NCBI RefSeq assembly: GCF_006345805.1
Contig: NC_042998.1
Location: 160,394,001-160,458,000, forward strand
Direction: 5' to 3'
DNA length: 64,000 nucleotides
DNA from: Octopus sinensis
Taxonomy: Eukaryota
Shown piece by piece: positions 1 through 11,724 of the stretch. A program made the position numbers and the translations under genes. Below the pieces are notes generated by a model that ran no database searches, was not told the origin of the DNA, and was given only the letters and a program-made list of their open reading frames with translations. How positions within the stretch are numbered: position 1 is the first letter of the stretch; each line of letters opens with the position of its first letter.

Positions 1-16
1 TCAAAATTTATTACAT

Positions 17-429
17 AAATTTCTTAATATAAATTAGACACATGTATGAACTGTTAAATGTGTATATATAATATACTTTTCAACTGCAGTGTTTTATATT
101 CTTGATACACTCAGGCAATAATTATTTTCTCTAATGTGTGTGTATATGGATGTTTGTGTAGATGTGTGTGATTGTAATAATTATTTGTAATACAACAGAT
201 AGAATATGGATAGTAAATCAAATTAATACACTTCTCAATGTTATCTAGTATTTTGAGTTGTGACATTGATCATCGTTAATTACTGAAAGAATGCTGGTTA
301 GTTTATGTATAGTTACTGAAAGAACACTGGGTAAAAATTTCTTAATATAAATAAATTAAGGACATGTATAAGCTGTTAAATTAAGATGTGTATTTATAAT
401 ATACTTTTCAACTGCAGTCATTTTATATT
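17..429. repeat. Dispersed ~90-bp AT-rich direct duplication (17-100 and 335-429)
   Basis: aaatttcttaatataaat...catgtat...ctgttaaat...atatacttttcaactgcagt...ttttatatt occurs twice. Confidence 0.75.
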
Positions 430-445
430 ATTGTAGATTATTGAG

Positions 446-660
446 GGTGATGTGCTGGCAGAACCTTTAGCACATTGTACAAATTGCTTTTTGACATTTT
501 ATTCATCTGTACACTCTGAGTTCAAATTCTGCTGAGGTTTACTTTGTCTCAGGATCTCTGAAATAAGTACCAGTTGAGCACTGAGGTTGATATAATCAAC
601 TAGTCTCCTCTTCCAAAATTTCAGGCCTTGAGCCTACATTATAAAGTATTATCATTATTA
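446..660 (+). mobile_element. tRNA-derived SINE, family B (degenerate)
   Basis: ctggcagaa head, B-box-like gagttcaaattc, aaataagtaccagttgagcactg core, (att)n tail; homologous to many other copies in the window. Confidence 0.8.
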
Positions 661-717
661 GCGGTAGTATTATTATATACATGTTCACCAATTTGTGTGT
701 ATAACAAGGCAATATGT

Positions 718-905
718 ATCATCATCATAATTTAATGTCTGTTTTCCATACTGGCGTGGTTTGGACAGTTTGACCAGAGCTGGTAAGCTGAAGAGTTGCA
801 CCAGTCTCAAGTCATCTGTTTTGGTTTGATTTCTATGGCTGGATGCCCTCCCAAATGTCAGCCACTCTGCAGAGTGTATTGGATGCTTATTATGTGTCAC
901 CAATG
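718..905 (-). mobile_element. RTE LINE 3' tail fragment
   Basis: (cat)n tail followed by tttaatgtctgttttccat...ctggatgccctccc...gccactctgcagagtgt, the same 3' UTR as the RTE at 60.5-63.2 kb. Confidence 0.8.
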
Positions 906-1052
906 TGGATATATTTGTAAATGTGTGTGTATGATGATACACACTCTTATATACAGACACACCTAAATACTTGCATACATATTTGTATGTGCCTTGCATA
1001 GGACTATATATTAGCTTAAAATAATAACTTTAAAAAATAATTAAATGAAATA

Positions 1053-1134
1053 TACAGTGTGGTCCAAAATCCAAGCTACCATTTGATATATTTTTGTGTA
1101 TTATATGGTAGAGTGAATTTTGAGTTGCCCTGTA
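1053..1134. mobile_element. 82-bp palindromic Tc1/mariner-type MITE
   Basis: TA-bounded imperfect arms tacagtgtggtccaaaatccaagctaccat / atggtagagtgaattttgagttgccctgta. Confidence 0.55.
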
Positions 1135-1429
1135 TTATGATAAACTGCTCATTAACCACAATCGCAATGCATCAAATATTCACTTATATCTATCTATGAG
1201 TAGTTACCTGCATCAAACTAGCACTTAGACCTAAATTACTTTGGCCTCATATTACATGCTTGTACATTAAAAAAATGGGGTGGGCTGGTGCATAAAGAAG
1301 GTTTAGTAAAAGAATTGGAGCAGGAGTTGGGAAAATTTTTGAGAAGTACTGCTGCAAGGCATTCTGTTTGTCCCTTTATAAATTCTGCCATCTCATTGCT
1401 CTTTATTATTAATTATGGTAATGAACCAA

Positions 1430-1640
1430 TGAGGAAGCCTCATTGTAGTTATTTGAACTGCTGAAAATAACAACCAAATTTAACCCTAAATCACATCCTT
1501 CAATCTTAAGGAAATGATACATTAGCTAATGTAGTCTGGGGCACATTATGCCTGGAAAGAAAAAAAAAAAGGAATGTAGAATGGTTATTGGGGAAGGAGT
1601 GCCTTTGATCATAGATCTGCTCAACCAGGGGTGATTTAGT
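1430..1640 (-). mobile_element. Unclassified SINE-like interspersed repeat, family C
   Basis: gaaaataacaaccaaat...tgcctttgatcatagatctgctcaacc; opposite-orientation homologues at 19.8 and 58.4 kb. Confidence 0.6.
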
Positions 1641-2404
1641 TCTGAGCATCTGCAAAAATATTAATTATGATAATGAGGAATATTGATAAGAACTAAATTT
1701 GCAAATGCCACAGCTTCTTTGCTAAACATTGCTGCTGCTGCTGTTGATATTGTTTTAACCACATTTATGACCAAATTTTATCTGGTTGTAGGAAATTACA
1801 TAGATGTGGTGCCTCCTACTAGGTCAATAAGGATGAATTTTGAAAAATCAATAATCACTTAAATTTATCTGTTAAATAAACAGGAAAAAATAACCTAAGA
1901 AATAAAACATAACTGAACAAATAAACAAATTTTTAAAAACCAAGAATAAGCGGAAATTCTGCTCTTTAATTTCTTTTAACAAAAAAATCTGTTATTCCAC
2001 TCCGTTTTTTTTTATATCAGTCAATCTAAATATCCCCCTCGCTCACTTTCTCTCTCTATCTTGCCTTTCCTTTCTTTTTTTCTCTTTCTCTTCATCTCTC
2101 TGTCTCTCTCACATACACACACATGTGCACAACAATATGCACAACTAAAATTGTTATGTTTGCTTAATATTGTCGTTATTACCCTAGTTTTGTTGTTAAT
2201 GCATTGTTAGATCTATTAGTGTTATGTATTATGCCTGCATGTGCCCTCCTTATAGCTGCTGGGCTATGCCTTTATAAGAAGTCTTAAGAGAGAATGGACC
2301 AGCTCTTATTCTAAGGCATGTTGTACAACTAAATCCAAAGACAAAGTCTTCAGAAAAAAAAAAGCAACAGTGTTATTAGTAATAATGTTTTTCGTAGGAC
2401 TGTT

Positions 2405-2800
2405 TAATTTCTTTATTATTTTGGTTTGGCTCAGGTTCAGTCTTATTCATGGTAGGATTTATGTGGGTAGCAGGTTACTACCTGTAACCTTAGGTATCCA
2501 CAAGTTTTCAGCTGTCTTTCAAGTGCTTACAATCCTCTTTATAATCCTTGCTGTTCCTAAGAGACAAACTTTCTGTAGGAGCTCTACTAGGCAGTCTATT
2601 CCAATCTCCTCCAGCCATTTTCTATATCTTTACTTACTGTTCCCAAAACACCAATTATTATTGGTATAACCATTACTGTTCTCATGCTCCAAATTCTTTC
2701 TATTTCAAATTTTAAGGGATTGTATTTTTTTTTTTTTGATTTTTGTCCTCTTTCTTTATGATCCTGGAATCAAACAGGCAACTACTATTATTATTACTAG
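2405..2800 (-). mobile_element. R4/Dong-clade non-LTR retrotransposon, RLE C-terminus plus 3' UTR
   Basis: Minus strand, read across frameshifts: EIERIWSMRTVMVIPIIIGVLGTVSK...LLQKVCLLGTARIIKRIVST* (stop at 2519-2521); the LQKxxLLGTARI motif is typical of the R4/Dong restriction-like endonuclease. Confidence 0.8.
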
Positions 2801-2974
2801 TGGGACCTGTGAATATTTCACAGAATTACTAGTAAACCTATTGGGTTGTTCCTGTAAACTTTAACCAAAAAACCCTGAAAGTGTAACCTGTGCTGTGTCT
2901 GTATCAAAAGATAGTCACTCCTCTGCTATTCATTGAACTGTGAAAGAAATTGGAATACGATGATTACTTAACAC

Positions 2975-2978
<4 letters not shown>

Positions 2979-3030
<52 letters not shown>
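2979..3030. repeat. (TA)n microsatellite
   Basis: Perfect TA run. Confidence 0.95.
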
Positions 3031-3031
<1 letters not shown>

Positions 3032-3304
3032 TTAATATATGTTATGCACAATTTTATAGACGTAATACACAACACTCGTAAAATAAATAGTAACTCTTCT
3101 TTTTACATGGTCACTATTTCATATCTAGAAAACAAAAATTTTATTGTAAAAAAACATCAATTTATATGTAAGATATAGGAGTCACAACCTCATGGATGTA
3201 AAACTTTAATGCAACAGAGCATATTCTGAAAACCACATCACTGGTAACTTATAAGCCAAAGTGATGGGTCAGAGCCAATACACATTTCAATTTGCATACA
3301 CCTT

Positions 3305-3680
3305 TCAATCCAATGCTTCTTTGCAGACTCTTCTTTATATAAGTTCTCCCTCTTCTTTTCCCTTGTTTGCCAGTGTTGATAACTTTAACTCTCACATCAG
3401 ATAATTTGCGAGCCCTTGAGAATGCAACATATAGCTGACCATGGCCAAATACAGGTTCAGGCAAGAACAGCCCAACCTTAACAAATGCCTGCCCTTGTGA
3501 TTTATTGATAGTCATTGCATATGACAGGCGAATGGGAAACTGGTTTCTTTCTAAAGTGAATAGCAAGTTTGTGATGCACATGCATTAAGTGATAGGTGAT
3601 ATAAAAACTTAGTTCAATTAAAAAAAAATACTTTTCACTATGCACTCACCATTGCCACCTTCAATGTGATGATCACATAC
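3305..3680 (-). mobile_element. Helitron RepHel PIF1-like helicase C-terminal fragment (pseudogenised)
   Basis: [51 protein letters not shown]; a one-base frameshift restores the typical end VCKEALD*. Confidence 0.85.
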
Positions 3681-4257
3681 CACACACCTTCCTTCCAAGC
3701 ACTGCTGTAAACAGCAGAAGTGAGCTAGAATGTTAAAACTTAGTGTGCATGTACAGCAGAGTTCAAGGTCAATCTGTGCCAAGTGGCTTCACTCTGCGTG
3801 CTTTAGCTTTGTTATTATTGCAACAGTTCTTATTGATACTTATTGATCAGACCTCATACAAAGCCTTTCGCATTTGTTAAATATTATATGTAGTATTAGG
3901 CAGTTTAAGTATATATTGATTAAATTTGGCTGAAATTGATGGGTGAGCATTTGGCCCAATTGGATGTGCAAGAAGCCATGTTAGCATTGATGTATGGGCT
4001 TGATTCTGGCTGGGGTTAGCTCATCCTTTTTCAGATATTTGTTTGTATTTAAAAATTGTCACTTCAAATTGGGGAATAAAATATTATTTTGATATACTAT
4101 TTCAGCAGTGGTGCCCCAGCATGGCCGCAGCCTTCAGGTTAAAACATTTTTAAGGATTTAAGGATTTATTATACAGTTATTATTATACTATGAGTCTTCC
4201 ATAGTAGCTTTCTCTCCGTAACTTACAAAGCCTTTCAGGTTTGTTTACATATATGTA

Positions 4258-4549
4258 AAGTCAATACCACCATGACTGATATCCAATCTACAGTGGAGAA
4301 GGCTAGCCACTGGATTTGGTTAAAAAGAGACGATGAGCGATGGCTAGAAGTATATTGAGTTCTTCATAACCAGCTGATCTAGCAAGCGGGGCCTCATATC
4401 AGTGAGGGGGGCCGGTGCACATTGATGCCGTCGAGAGGTAGGCCCCGAAACGGCGCGCATTCTCTCCTGATGACCCCATACACTTGCTAGCTTCCGATAT
4501 ACGGAGCTTTTAACTGGTAACACTTGCATGTGCAAGTTGTTTGCAAGAT
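4258..4549 (+). mobile_element. 5'-truncated Hero-clade-like (RLE) non-LTR element: ORF C-terminus plus 3' UTR
   Basis: VNTTMTDIQSTVEKASHWIWLKRDDERWLEVY* (stop 4356-4358) resembles the AE(R/K)ASxWLWLKR terminus; CpG-rich UTR; flanking 9-bp atatatgta duplication (4249-4257, 4550-4558). Confidence 0.6.
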
Positions 4550-4785
4550 ATATATGTATATCTTTATGTGTGTGTGTATTTGCCACCCCACCACCATCAT
4601 GTGACAGCTGATGTTGGTGTGTTTACATCCCTGTAACTTAGCGGTTTGGCAAAAGAGACTGAAAGAATTAAGTACTAGGCTTACAGAAAATAAGTCCTGG
4701 AGTTGATTTCTCTGGCAAGTCTTTTAGGGTGGTATTCCAGCATGTCTGCTGTCAAATGACTGAAATAAGTAAAAGAATAAAAGAG
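4550..4785 (+). mobile_element. tRNA-derived SINE family A, 3' half
   Basis: gtgtttacatccctgtaacttagcggtttggcaaaagagac...aaatgactgaaataagtaaaagaataaaaga. Confidence 0.85.
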
Positions 4786-4964
4786 TAACAATGAAAATAA
4801 TTAAAAGCTTCTTTGGGATTAATGAGTGTTATTATGACGCTAAAATCTTTGATAAGCAGTAAGAAAGGTAACAGAATTCATTACTTTTCAGAATGAAAGA
4901 TATTTTTCTTCACTCCTAAAAAGAGTCACTGTCAATATTTATACATGTGTTTATCTATCACTAT

Positions 4965-5240
4965 AACATATTAGCATGTGATACAGTGTGTTTATGTATG
5001 CATGCATACATGTGAGTGAATGTGTGTGTATGTATATGTATGTATGTATTCATGCATGCGTGTGTGTATGTATGTATGTATGTATGTATGCATGCATGCA
5101 TGTGTGCGTGTATGTATGTATGTATATGTTTGTGCGTTGCATATGAATATATATGCATGTATACTTGTATGTCTGTATGCATATATATGTGTGTGTGTAC
5201 GAGATATATACATACATGTGTGTGTGTATGTATGAATGTG
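4965..5240. repeat. Compound (TG)n/(TATG)n/(CATG)n microsatellite
   Basis: Visible tandem di/tetranucleotides; source of several spurious ORFs. Confidence 0.95.
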
Positions 5241-5332
5241 GTAGTATGTTTGTAGTATTAAGGGTTCGTTAATCGGAAATACATTAAAATAGCAACAACA
5301 ACGCCATCCCCAACAATAGGAACAAAGAGAAA

Positions 5333-5395
5333 ATGATGAAGAAGATGGTGAAGGAGAAGAAGAAGAAGAAGAAGAAGAAGAAGAAGAAGAAAAAG
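5333..5395. repeat. (GAA)n microsatellite
   Basis: Visible GAA run. Confidence 0.95.
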
Positions 5396-5479
5396 GAGAC
5401 AAAGATGAAGATTTTTCTTTATTATGCCACAAGGGCGACGGATGAGAGGATAAAAAGGATACTTAGGAAAAGAAAAGGA

Positions 5480-5700
5480 AAAAACAACAATTCCATAATG
5501 TATAAAAATAAATGTGTTGAACTGAAAATCTTCTGCCAGAAGGCTGCAACTTGTGCATTCATTAGTGCTGTTTAGTGTTTAAATGACTTGCTGCACTGCT
5601 GGAATCCTTAGAAACTTATTTCAGTTTTGAGTTTGGGGTGAAAATGTCAAAATGTTCGTATAATGTCTTCTCTCAGAAGTAATCATTATCACTCCTAGGA
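5480..5700 (-). mobile_element. Ancient RTE-like RT N-terminal remnant
   Basis: Minus strand IPAVQQVI*TLNSTNECTSCSLLAEDF has the spacing of the PxxxEVxxAIxxLxSGKAPGxDxIPAExY motif. Confidence 0.35.
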
Positions 5701-5879
5701 TTAGAAATATCCACGAGCTACACAGGACAACCTTTTCCTGAAGGTGAAAATATATAAAACTCTTCAATTTCACATACTGCTGCCCTCACAGTCTTGCTGT
5801 TTGCTCCTCCTTTTTACTAGATTTTTGCTGCAATTAGAATTGTTGCCTGCTATAACACATCGACTGAAAACCACACGCC

Positions 5880-6000
5880 ACTGCCGAAGCCATCACCACC
5901 ACCATCATCCCCTATGATTATCACTTTTCACACCACCACCGCCGCCATCACCACCACTACCACAGCCACCACTACTGTCACTACTACTACTACTACTCTA
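5880..6000. repeat. (ACC)n/(CAT)n/(ACT)n trinucleotide tract
   Basis: Visible repeats. Confidence 0.9.
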
Positions 6001-6535
6001 CTAAAATCACACATTTGTTATCTTAGTTACATTTGCCATCATTCTTTTTCGTTATATATTGATAGCTGTATAACACTCAATATTAACCACACACACACGT
6101 GCATGTATGTGTAAGGTTACTACACCACTTCTTTTCCCCACCCCCACATAATGGACTTGGAAAAGAAGAAATCGGTAAAACCTTGGTTCCAGATAAAGCC
6201 AATATGAGGTAATCCATACATACAACTTTTGACGTCTTCACATTGTACCAGAAATAGAATTCAGTGGGAGAAAATGGAGTAGGGCCGGAATTTTATTTTA
6301 TATTATTTTTAAGGTTTTTGTATTTAGTTTTTAGTTCCATTTATTTATCTGTTTGTTTACTTTTTATTATTATTGTTGTTTTTGTTGCTCTTCTTCTCTT
6401 CCTACCCCTCCTCCTCCTTCTTTTTCTCATTATTATTATTATTATTATTATTATAATAAGTGATTCCACTGTTAATCCAAGTCTTACACCATTTTGAAAA
6501 TGAAAGTGATTTAATACCAGAAGTAATTTCCTTAC

Positions 6536-6595
6536 CTGCTTTTTTGCAGTTCTGCCCCAGTTTTATAAACACATGTCCTGCCACTCTTCATTATA
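6536..6595 (-). CDS. Candidate 60-nt internal exon of an unidentified host gene (phase 2-2, IMKSGRTCVYKTGAELQKS)
   Basis: ag|...CAG|gtaagg; only the phase-2 frame is open; acceptor lacks a good pyrimidine tract. Confidence 0.25.
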
Positions 6596-6922
6596 CTATT
6601 GGTGTTGTTGTTGTTGCCATTGGTGATGATGATGATGATGGTGATAATCAAAGCCACCTGCAATTCTATAAGAGCAACTTTGTTTAGCAACATTAGTTGG
6701 TACTGTCATAGCAGTATAGTGTATTTCTTTCTCTCTTTTTCTCTCTATTTCTGTCTGTTTAGCTTGCTTTATTGTCCTTATCATTACCTGGATTGCCTTT
6801 ATCACCATTATCACTGAACACCTGATTCTATTACGCACCAGTGGATTATTTCAGGGATATTGGTTTTGATAGCAACACCTGTATTTTATTATAGCTCTTC
6901 TTACCTGTACACATGAATCTAC

Positions 6923-6961
6923 CTTGTGTCACTATCTTCATCATCCTTAAGTGGAAAGTGT
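6923..6961 (-). CDS. Candidate 39-nt internal exon (phase 2-2, HFPLKDDEDSDT)
   Basis: ctatctcag|ACACTTTCC...ACAAG|gtagat; alternative stronger donor CAG|gtaaga 18 nt further on (6905). Confidence 0.3.
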
Positions 6962-7364
6962 CTGAGATAGCTGAATGCTACACTGAATTCAGCGTTATAT
7001 TTATTTTCATTCTTTTGGTTTTGAGTTCAAATTCTCCAACCAGAACCGGGTTTGTTTTTTTTCTTCTGGAGCTGATGAAATAACTATCAATAATAGTGTT
7101 TGGATTTTCTTTGAGTTGATAATGGGAACACTGACACAGTCCTGGCTGTCTTGAAAGATTTACTTTGGAGCAGTGTGGATCCAATTTTAATCCAACTGGG
7201 CAGCATATTGTAAAAGTAATCCTTTCTCTAAAAGATAACAGAGGTCAAAATTTTGTGTTACAAGTAGCTCTATAATGTGAACATTATCAATGTCCCATAC
7301 TTAATGTATCTATGTTAAATGCTTTTAGGCTGAGGTGTTTTGTTCAGAAAAGGTCCCTTTAAAG

Positions 7365-7563
7365 CAGTGGTTCTCAATCACTTCTTACCTATAGACCCCT
7401 GTGAGTCTTGTTTTACTCGAATGAACCTTCATAACCATTCAGTGTTTAAAAAATCTTATTATATTTTTATAATTAAATATTATTAGGAATTGTATAAAAA
7501 ATTGTTAAGGTATCTTGTGTATTGTAGAAGCATAATCAATTGGACCCTGGTGGAGAACTACTT
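7365..7563. mobile_element. hAT/Charlie-type MITE (~199 bp)
   Basis: TIRs cagtggttctcaa / tggagaactactt; left flank ctttaaag is Charlie-like. Confidence 0.7.
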
Positions 7564-7855
7564 CTTAAATGCCCTGCTGACTTAGACATAGTTCACAGGT
7601 TCTGTTGCTGAGGTAACATAATTAGTAGAGGAAGTGGTTGTTTTGAATGTATAGTCACTTGGTTAAGCACAGATTGGAAAAGTCCAGGGCGCTGCTACCT
7701 TTACTAGTAATGATGAATTTTTACCTCAGAATGAAGAATAGATTGTATAACTTTTGTGTAGGGAATGACAATGTTACGTTGTAGTTAGATGTGGATTTTG
7801 GATGCAGAAGACTTACAAAGACTGGAAAGAAATGATGTAAGCATACTCTGATGTT

Positions 7856-9204
7856 CATCATCATCATCATCGTTTAACGTCCGTTCTCCATGCTAGCATG
7901 GGTTGGACGGTTCGACCGGGGTTCTGGGAAGCCAGAAGGCTGCACCAGGCTCCAGTCTAATTTGGCAATGTTTCTACAGCTGGATGCCCTTCCTAACGCC
8001 AACCACTCCGTGAGTGTAGTGGGTGCTTTTTACGTGCCACCTGCACAGGTGCCAGGCGGGGCTGGCAACGGCCACGGTCAGATTGGTGTATTTTATGTGC
8101 CACCGGCACGGAAGCCAGTCGAGGCGGTGCTGGCATCGGCCACGAGTCGGATAGTGCTTTTTACGTACCACCAGACCAGGGATCCTGGCTGGTTCAATTC
8201 GATTTCGATTTCGCTTGCCCCAACATGTCTTCACAAGCAAAGGGGGTGGCAAGGGTGCTGTCGTACGGTCGCATTGGAGTATTTTACGTGCCACAGCCAC
8301 GATCGGATAGTGCTTTTTACGTACCACCAGACCAGGGATCCTGGCTGGTTCAATTCGATTTCGATTTCGCTTGCCCCAACATGTCTTCACAAGCAAATGG
8401 GGTTGGCATGGGTGCCTGTCGTACGGTCGCATTGGAGTATTTTACGTGCCACGGCCCCGAGTCGGATAGTGCTTTTTACGTACCACCAGGCCAGGGATCC
8501 TGGCTGGTTCAATTCGTTTTCGATTTCGCTTGCCCCAATTGTCTTCGCAAGCATGGGGGGTTGGGATGGGTGTCTGTCGTCGGATGAGGTTCTATATCGA
8601 CTTCGCTTGCCTCAACCGGTCTTTGTGTCCAAGGGAGGAAAGGCATTCATAGTGGGCTGGGCTCACTTGTCCTGCCTGGTCTTCTCACTACAGAATATTT
8701 CCAAAGGTCTCGGTTCTGGTCATTTCCTCAGTGAGGCCTAAAGTTCGAAGGTCGTGCTTCACACCTCGTCCCAGGTTTTTCCTGGGTCTACATCCCTTCC
8801 ACGGGTTCCCTCAACTGCTAGGGATTGGCACTTTCTCACACACCTATCTCATCCATTCTCTCGCCACATGACCATACCGCGCAATCGTCTCTCTTGCACA
8901 CTACAACTGATGCTTCTTAGGTACACATTTCTCTCAAGGTGCTAACGCTCTGTCGAGTATGTACACTGACATTACCATCCATCGGAGCATACTGGCTTCA
9001 TTCCTCACGAGCTTACGCATGTCCTCAGCAAGTCACAGCCCATGTTTCGCTGCATGTAGCATGGCTGTCTACACACGCATCATACAGTCTGCCTTTTACT
9101 CTGAGCGAGAGGCCTTTAGTCACCAGCAGAGGTAGAGTCCCTAACTTTTGCCCAGGCTATTCTTATTCTAGCAGTTACACTTTCAGCGCACCCACCCCCA
9201 CTAC
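7856..9204 (-). mobile_element. Young 5'-truncated RTE LINE with 12-bp TSD
   Basis: (cat)n tail at 7856; ORF end KTWDE...HDLRTLGLTEEMT; TSD tactctgatgtt at 7844-7855 and 9205-9216. Confidence 0.92.
8147..8582. repeat. Three tandem ~157-bp units inside the RTE 3' UTR
   Basis: tcggatagtgctttttacgtaccaccag starts at 8147, 8303 and 8462. Confidence 0.92.
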
Positions 9205-9227
9205 TACTCTGATGTTTGTATAATATT

Positions 9228-9441
9228 CTTTTCTACTCTAGGCAGAAGGCCTGAAGTCTTTGGGGAGGGGGCCAGTCGATTAGATCAACCCCAGTACACA
9301 ATTGGTACTTAATATATCAACCCTGAAAGGATGAATGGCAAAGTCGACCTTGGCGGAATTTGAACTCCGAATGTAAAGACAGATGAAATACCGCTAAGTA
9401 TTTCACCTGGCATGCTAACGTTTCTGCCAGCTTGCCACCTG
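9228..9441 (-). mobile_element. SINE family B with 11-bp TSD
   Basis: Full head-to-tail copy; tgtataatatt at 9217-9227 and 9442-9452 (again at 9453-9463). Confidence 0.88.
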
Positions 9442-10718
9442 TGTATAATATTTGTATAATATTACTGTGCATGAATACTGAGTACAAATGAACTGAGTGA
9501 AAAACTGGGTATAAGAGGAATCAGGTGTTGAGTGCAAGAGAGAATGCCGTACTGGCATGGGCATGTGATGTGTACAGTCATTCATCTTAGACTTGTATCA
9601 TTTTCTTATGGCTGTTGTACCTCAGCATAAAAACTATCTAAGAGAGCAAACACTCCAATATTTAATGTATAGTGGAGTCTACTCTTAGACAAAGTAAGGA
9701 AACCTGTTTAGTGATGGAGCAAAGAATATACTATCACTGCAGTAGTTTTGTTGGGAAAAAGAATTTTGATAAAATACAAGCAAAATGTGTGTGTGTATAT
9801 CTGTGTACTATTGTATTGATTGTTAATGTTATTTAGAAGATTCATGTAAGATTGGAGATTAACAGAAAGGATAATTCAGTATCTGTTCTTTTAAAATAAA
9901 AGAAAGGTAATGTTATTGTTGATCTAGTATCCTGAGGAAATGAAGAAAGGTGATTTTCACATATGCACCTACTTACCAACCTGCTTACCTACCCACCCTC
10001 TTGCTTACCAATCTTCTTCCCTACCTGAAAGCACCAAAATTTATTTTACTATTCCAGGCATCACTCTGCAAAGTTATTTTCTTCTTCATATTTTCTATGT
10101 TAGCTGGAAAAAGAGAAATGTTATAGAAGCATTGCTGTTTATTACCAAACTCCCTAATGCCTGATCTTTCTTGAGATGATATTACTGTTCCAGTCTGTCA
10201 CTCACAATTGCATAGCTTCCATTTCTTTGAATTGATTAATTTGCACATGTGAGCAGAAAAGGGTTAATTTATTTTAAAGCACTCTCATCAAGCTGGGTAC
10301 AGTGTAGCAGATGGAAAATACTACAGTTAATTGGGCAAAAGCAGAGAAGCTAAAAGTTTAAATGGCTTGGTTGGCATACCTGTGACTTACTAGTGGTCTT
10401 TGGTGGCCAGGTCTTCACCCTTCCTGATCTTAACTTGGCACGTCTTGTTAACTTAGTTAATGGCTGTTTGTCTTCATTATTGAATAATATTTATGTGCTA
10501 CATAGCAAAGGAATCATTTATTGTATGTTCCTCCTCTTACCTTTCATACATATGTGCGTGCACAGATCTATAGTTGAGAATGCACACTTATACTATAGTG
10601 TTTTGTGTGCCTCTTATTGATGTACATGTTTAGTGTGTGAAGACAGAAGATATATTTTATTGTTGAAAATATATCATCTGTTTCCTACTGTGAATACAGA
10701 TGTTTATAAAATGGTTAC

Positions 10719-10736
10719 AACAATTCTTCAATTATT
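10719..10736 (-). CDS. Candidate 18-nt microexon (phase 2-2, IIEEL)
   Basis: Long pyrimidine tract ..ttttattccactttattctccataag|AATAATTGAAGAATTGTT|gtaacc; only the phase-2 frame is open. Confidence 0.3.
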
Positions 10737-11724
10737 CTTATGGAGAATAAAGTGGAATAAAACAAAACAAAATGAAAAAAAAAGCCTGCATCATCTTTCT
10801 GTGGTTTCTTTTGAAGTACATGAGAGTGGTTCAAATGTGAAAAGTGAAAAGAAAAATGTGTTGTTCCTGTTTTCATCAAGATGCTTAAAGGAAGATGACA
10901 GTATCACCAGAGACTAACTACTGAAAATATCTAATCAAAACAATAACTATACCTTATTCTACCTTTCTTTCCAGTTTTTCTACGTCTTTTAATGTTTTCC
11001 TTTGAACAAAGTGTATATGATTGTTCTCATATATTTTGAAATAACTTTTTCCCTTTCATTGAATATATATATATATGTACATAAACATTTATATGTGTGT
11101 GTGTTTGTTATATGCATGTGTGTGTATTGGAATGAAAAACAAAGCAATATTTTTTTGTTTGATAAACAAATAATACAGTGATGCTTTCTGCAGAAAACCA
11201 TTTTTTTTCTAAAATCCCCACTCAACCCTTCAATGATGACCGTGGTAAATAAGCCACTTGATATAGTCTTGCTTTGGAGTAATACCCGTTCTCTTTGAAG
11301 TTTGATGTGGAATTCATATCTTTTTTATACAAAAGTGTATATAAACTGTTTGCTTTAATTTTTTTTATTGACACCACTAGTTATAGAATATTTTGTTTAA
11401 AAAATACTCCTTTCTTTTTATAAAAACCTATCGCCTCTCTCCCTCTCTGTGAATGCTACTTTAGTCTAAATTTAAAAGTTGTTTTAGTCAATTGACTCTT
11501 CTCATTCATAATGGTTTCATATTCCAAGAAAACTATCTCTCTTTACCACAGTAAGCCTAATTATGATTAAAGTACTAACTGTAAGAAATTAGCTAATCTT
11601 TAAAACTTAAAATGACACAAAACTAGCCAAATGCTAAGTGTTGATAAAAAAAAAAAGAATGATTTCTTTTTATCAAGCATGAGGATAGAGATTGTATTAA
11701 TCTTAGTATATTACTAACACTTAC

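Larger units (their letters stand above)
7575..9570 (+). mobile_element. Old RTE LINE fragment split by two younger insertions
   Basis: Degenerate ..ALLPLLVMMNFYLRMKNRLYNFCV...LDAEDLQRLERNDVSIL (7575-7855) resumes at 9453-9570 (..EKLGIRGIRC..QER..WHGHVM); collinear with the RTE ORF at 62.1-62.4 kb. Confidence 0.75.

Noticed and set aside
4420-4480. gaaac...ctgatga in the Hero-like UTR as a type II hammerhead
   Set aside because: Stem II and stem III partners do not pair in the required topology
4961-5575. Several 70-146 aa ORFs (poly-C/V/M/Y, poly-S, poly-K)
   Set aside because: Translations of microsatellites
7890-8741. 283-aa ORF with internal repeats
   Set aside because: Antisense reading of the GC-richer, tandemly duplicated RTE 3' UTR; no domain motifs
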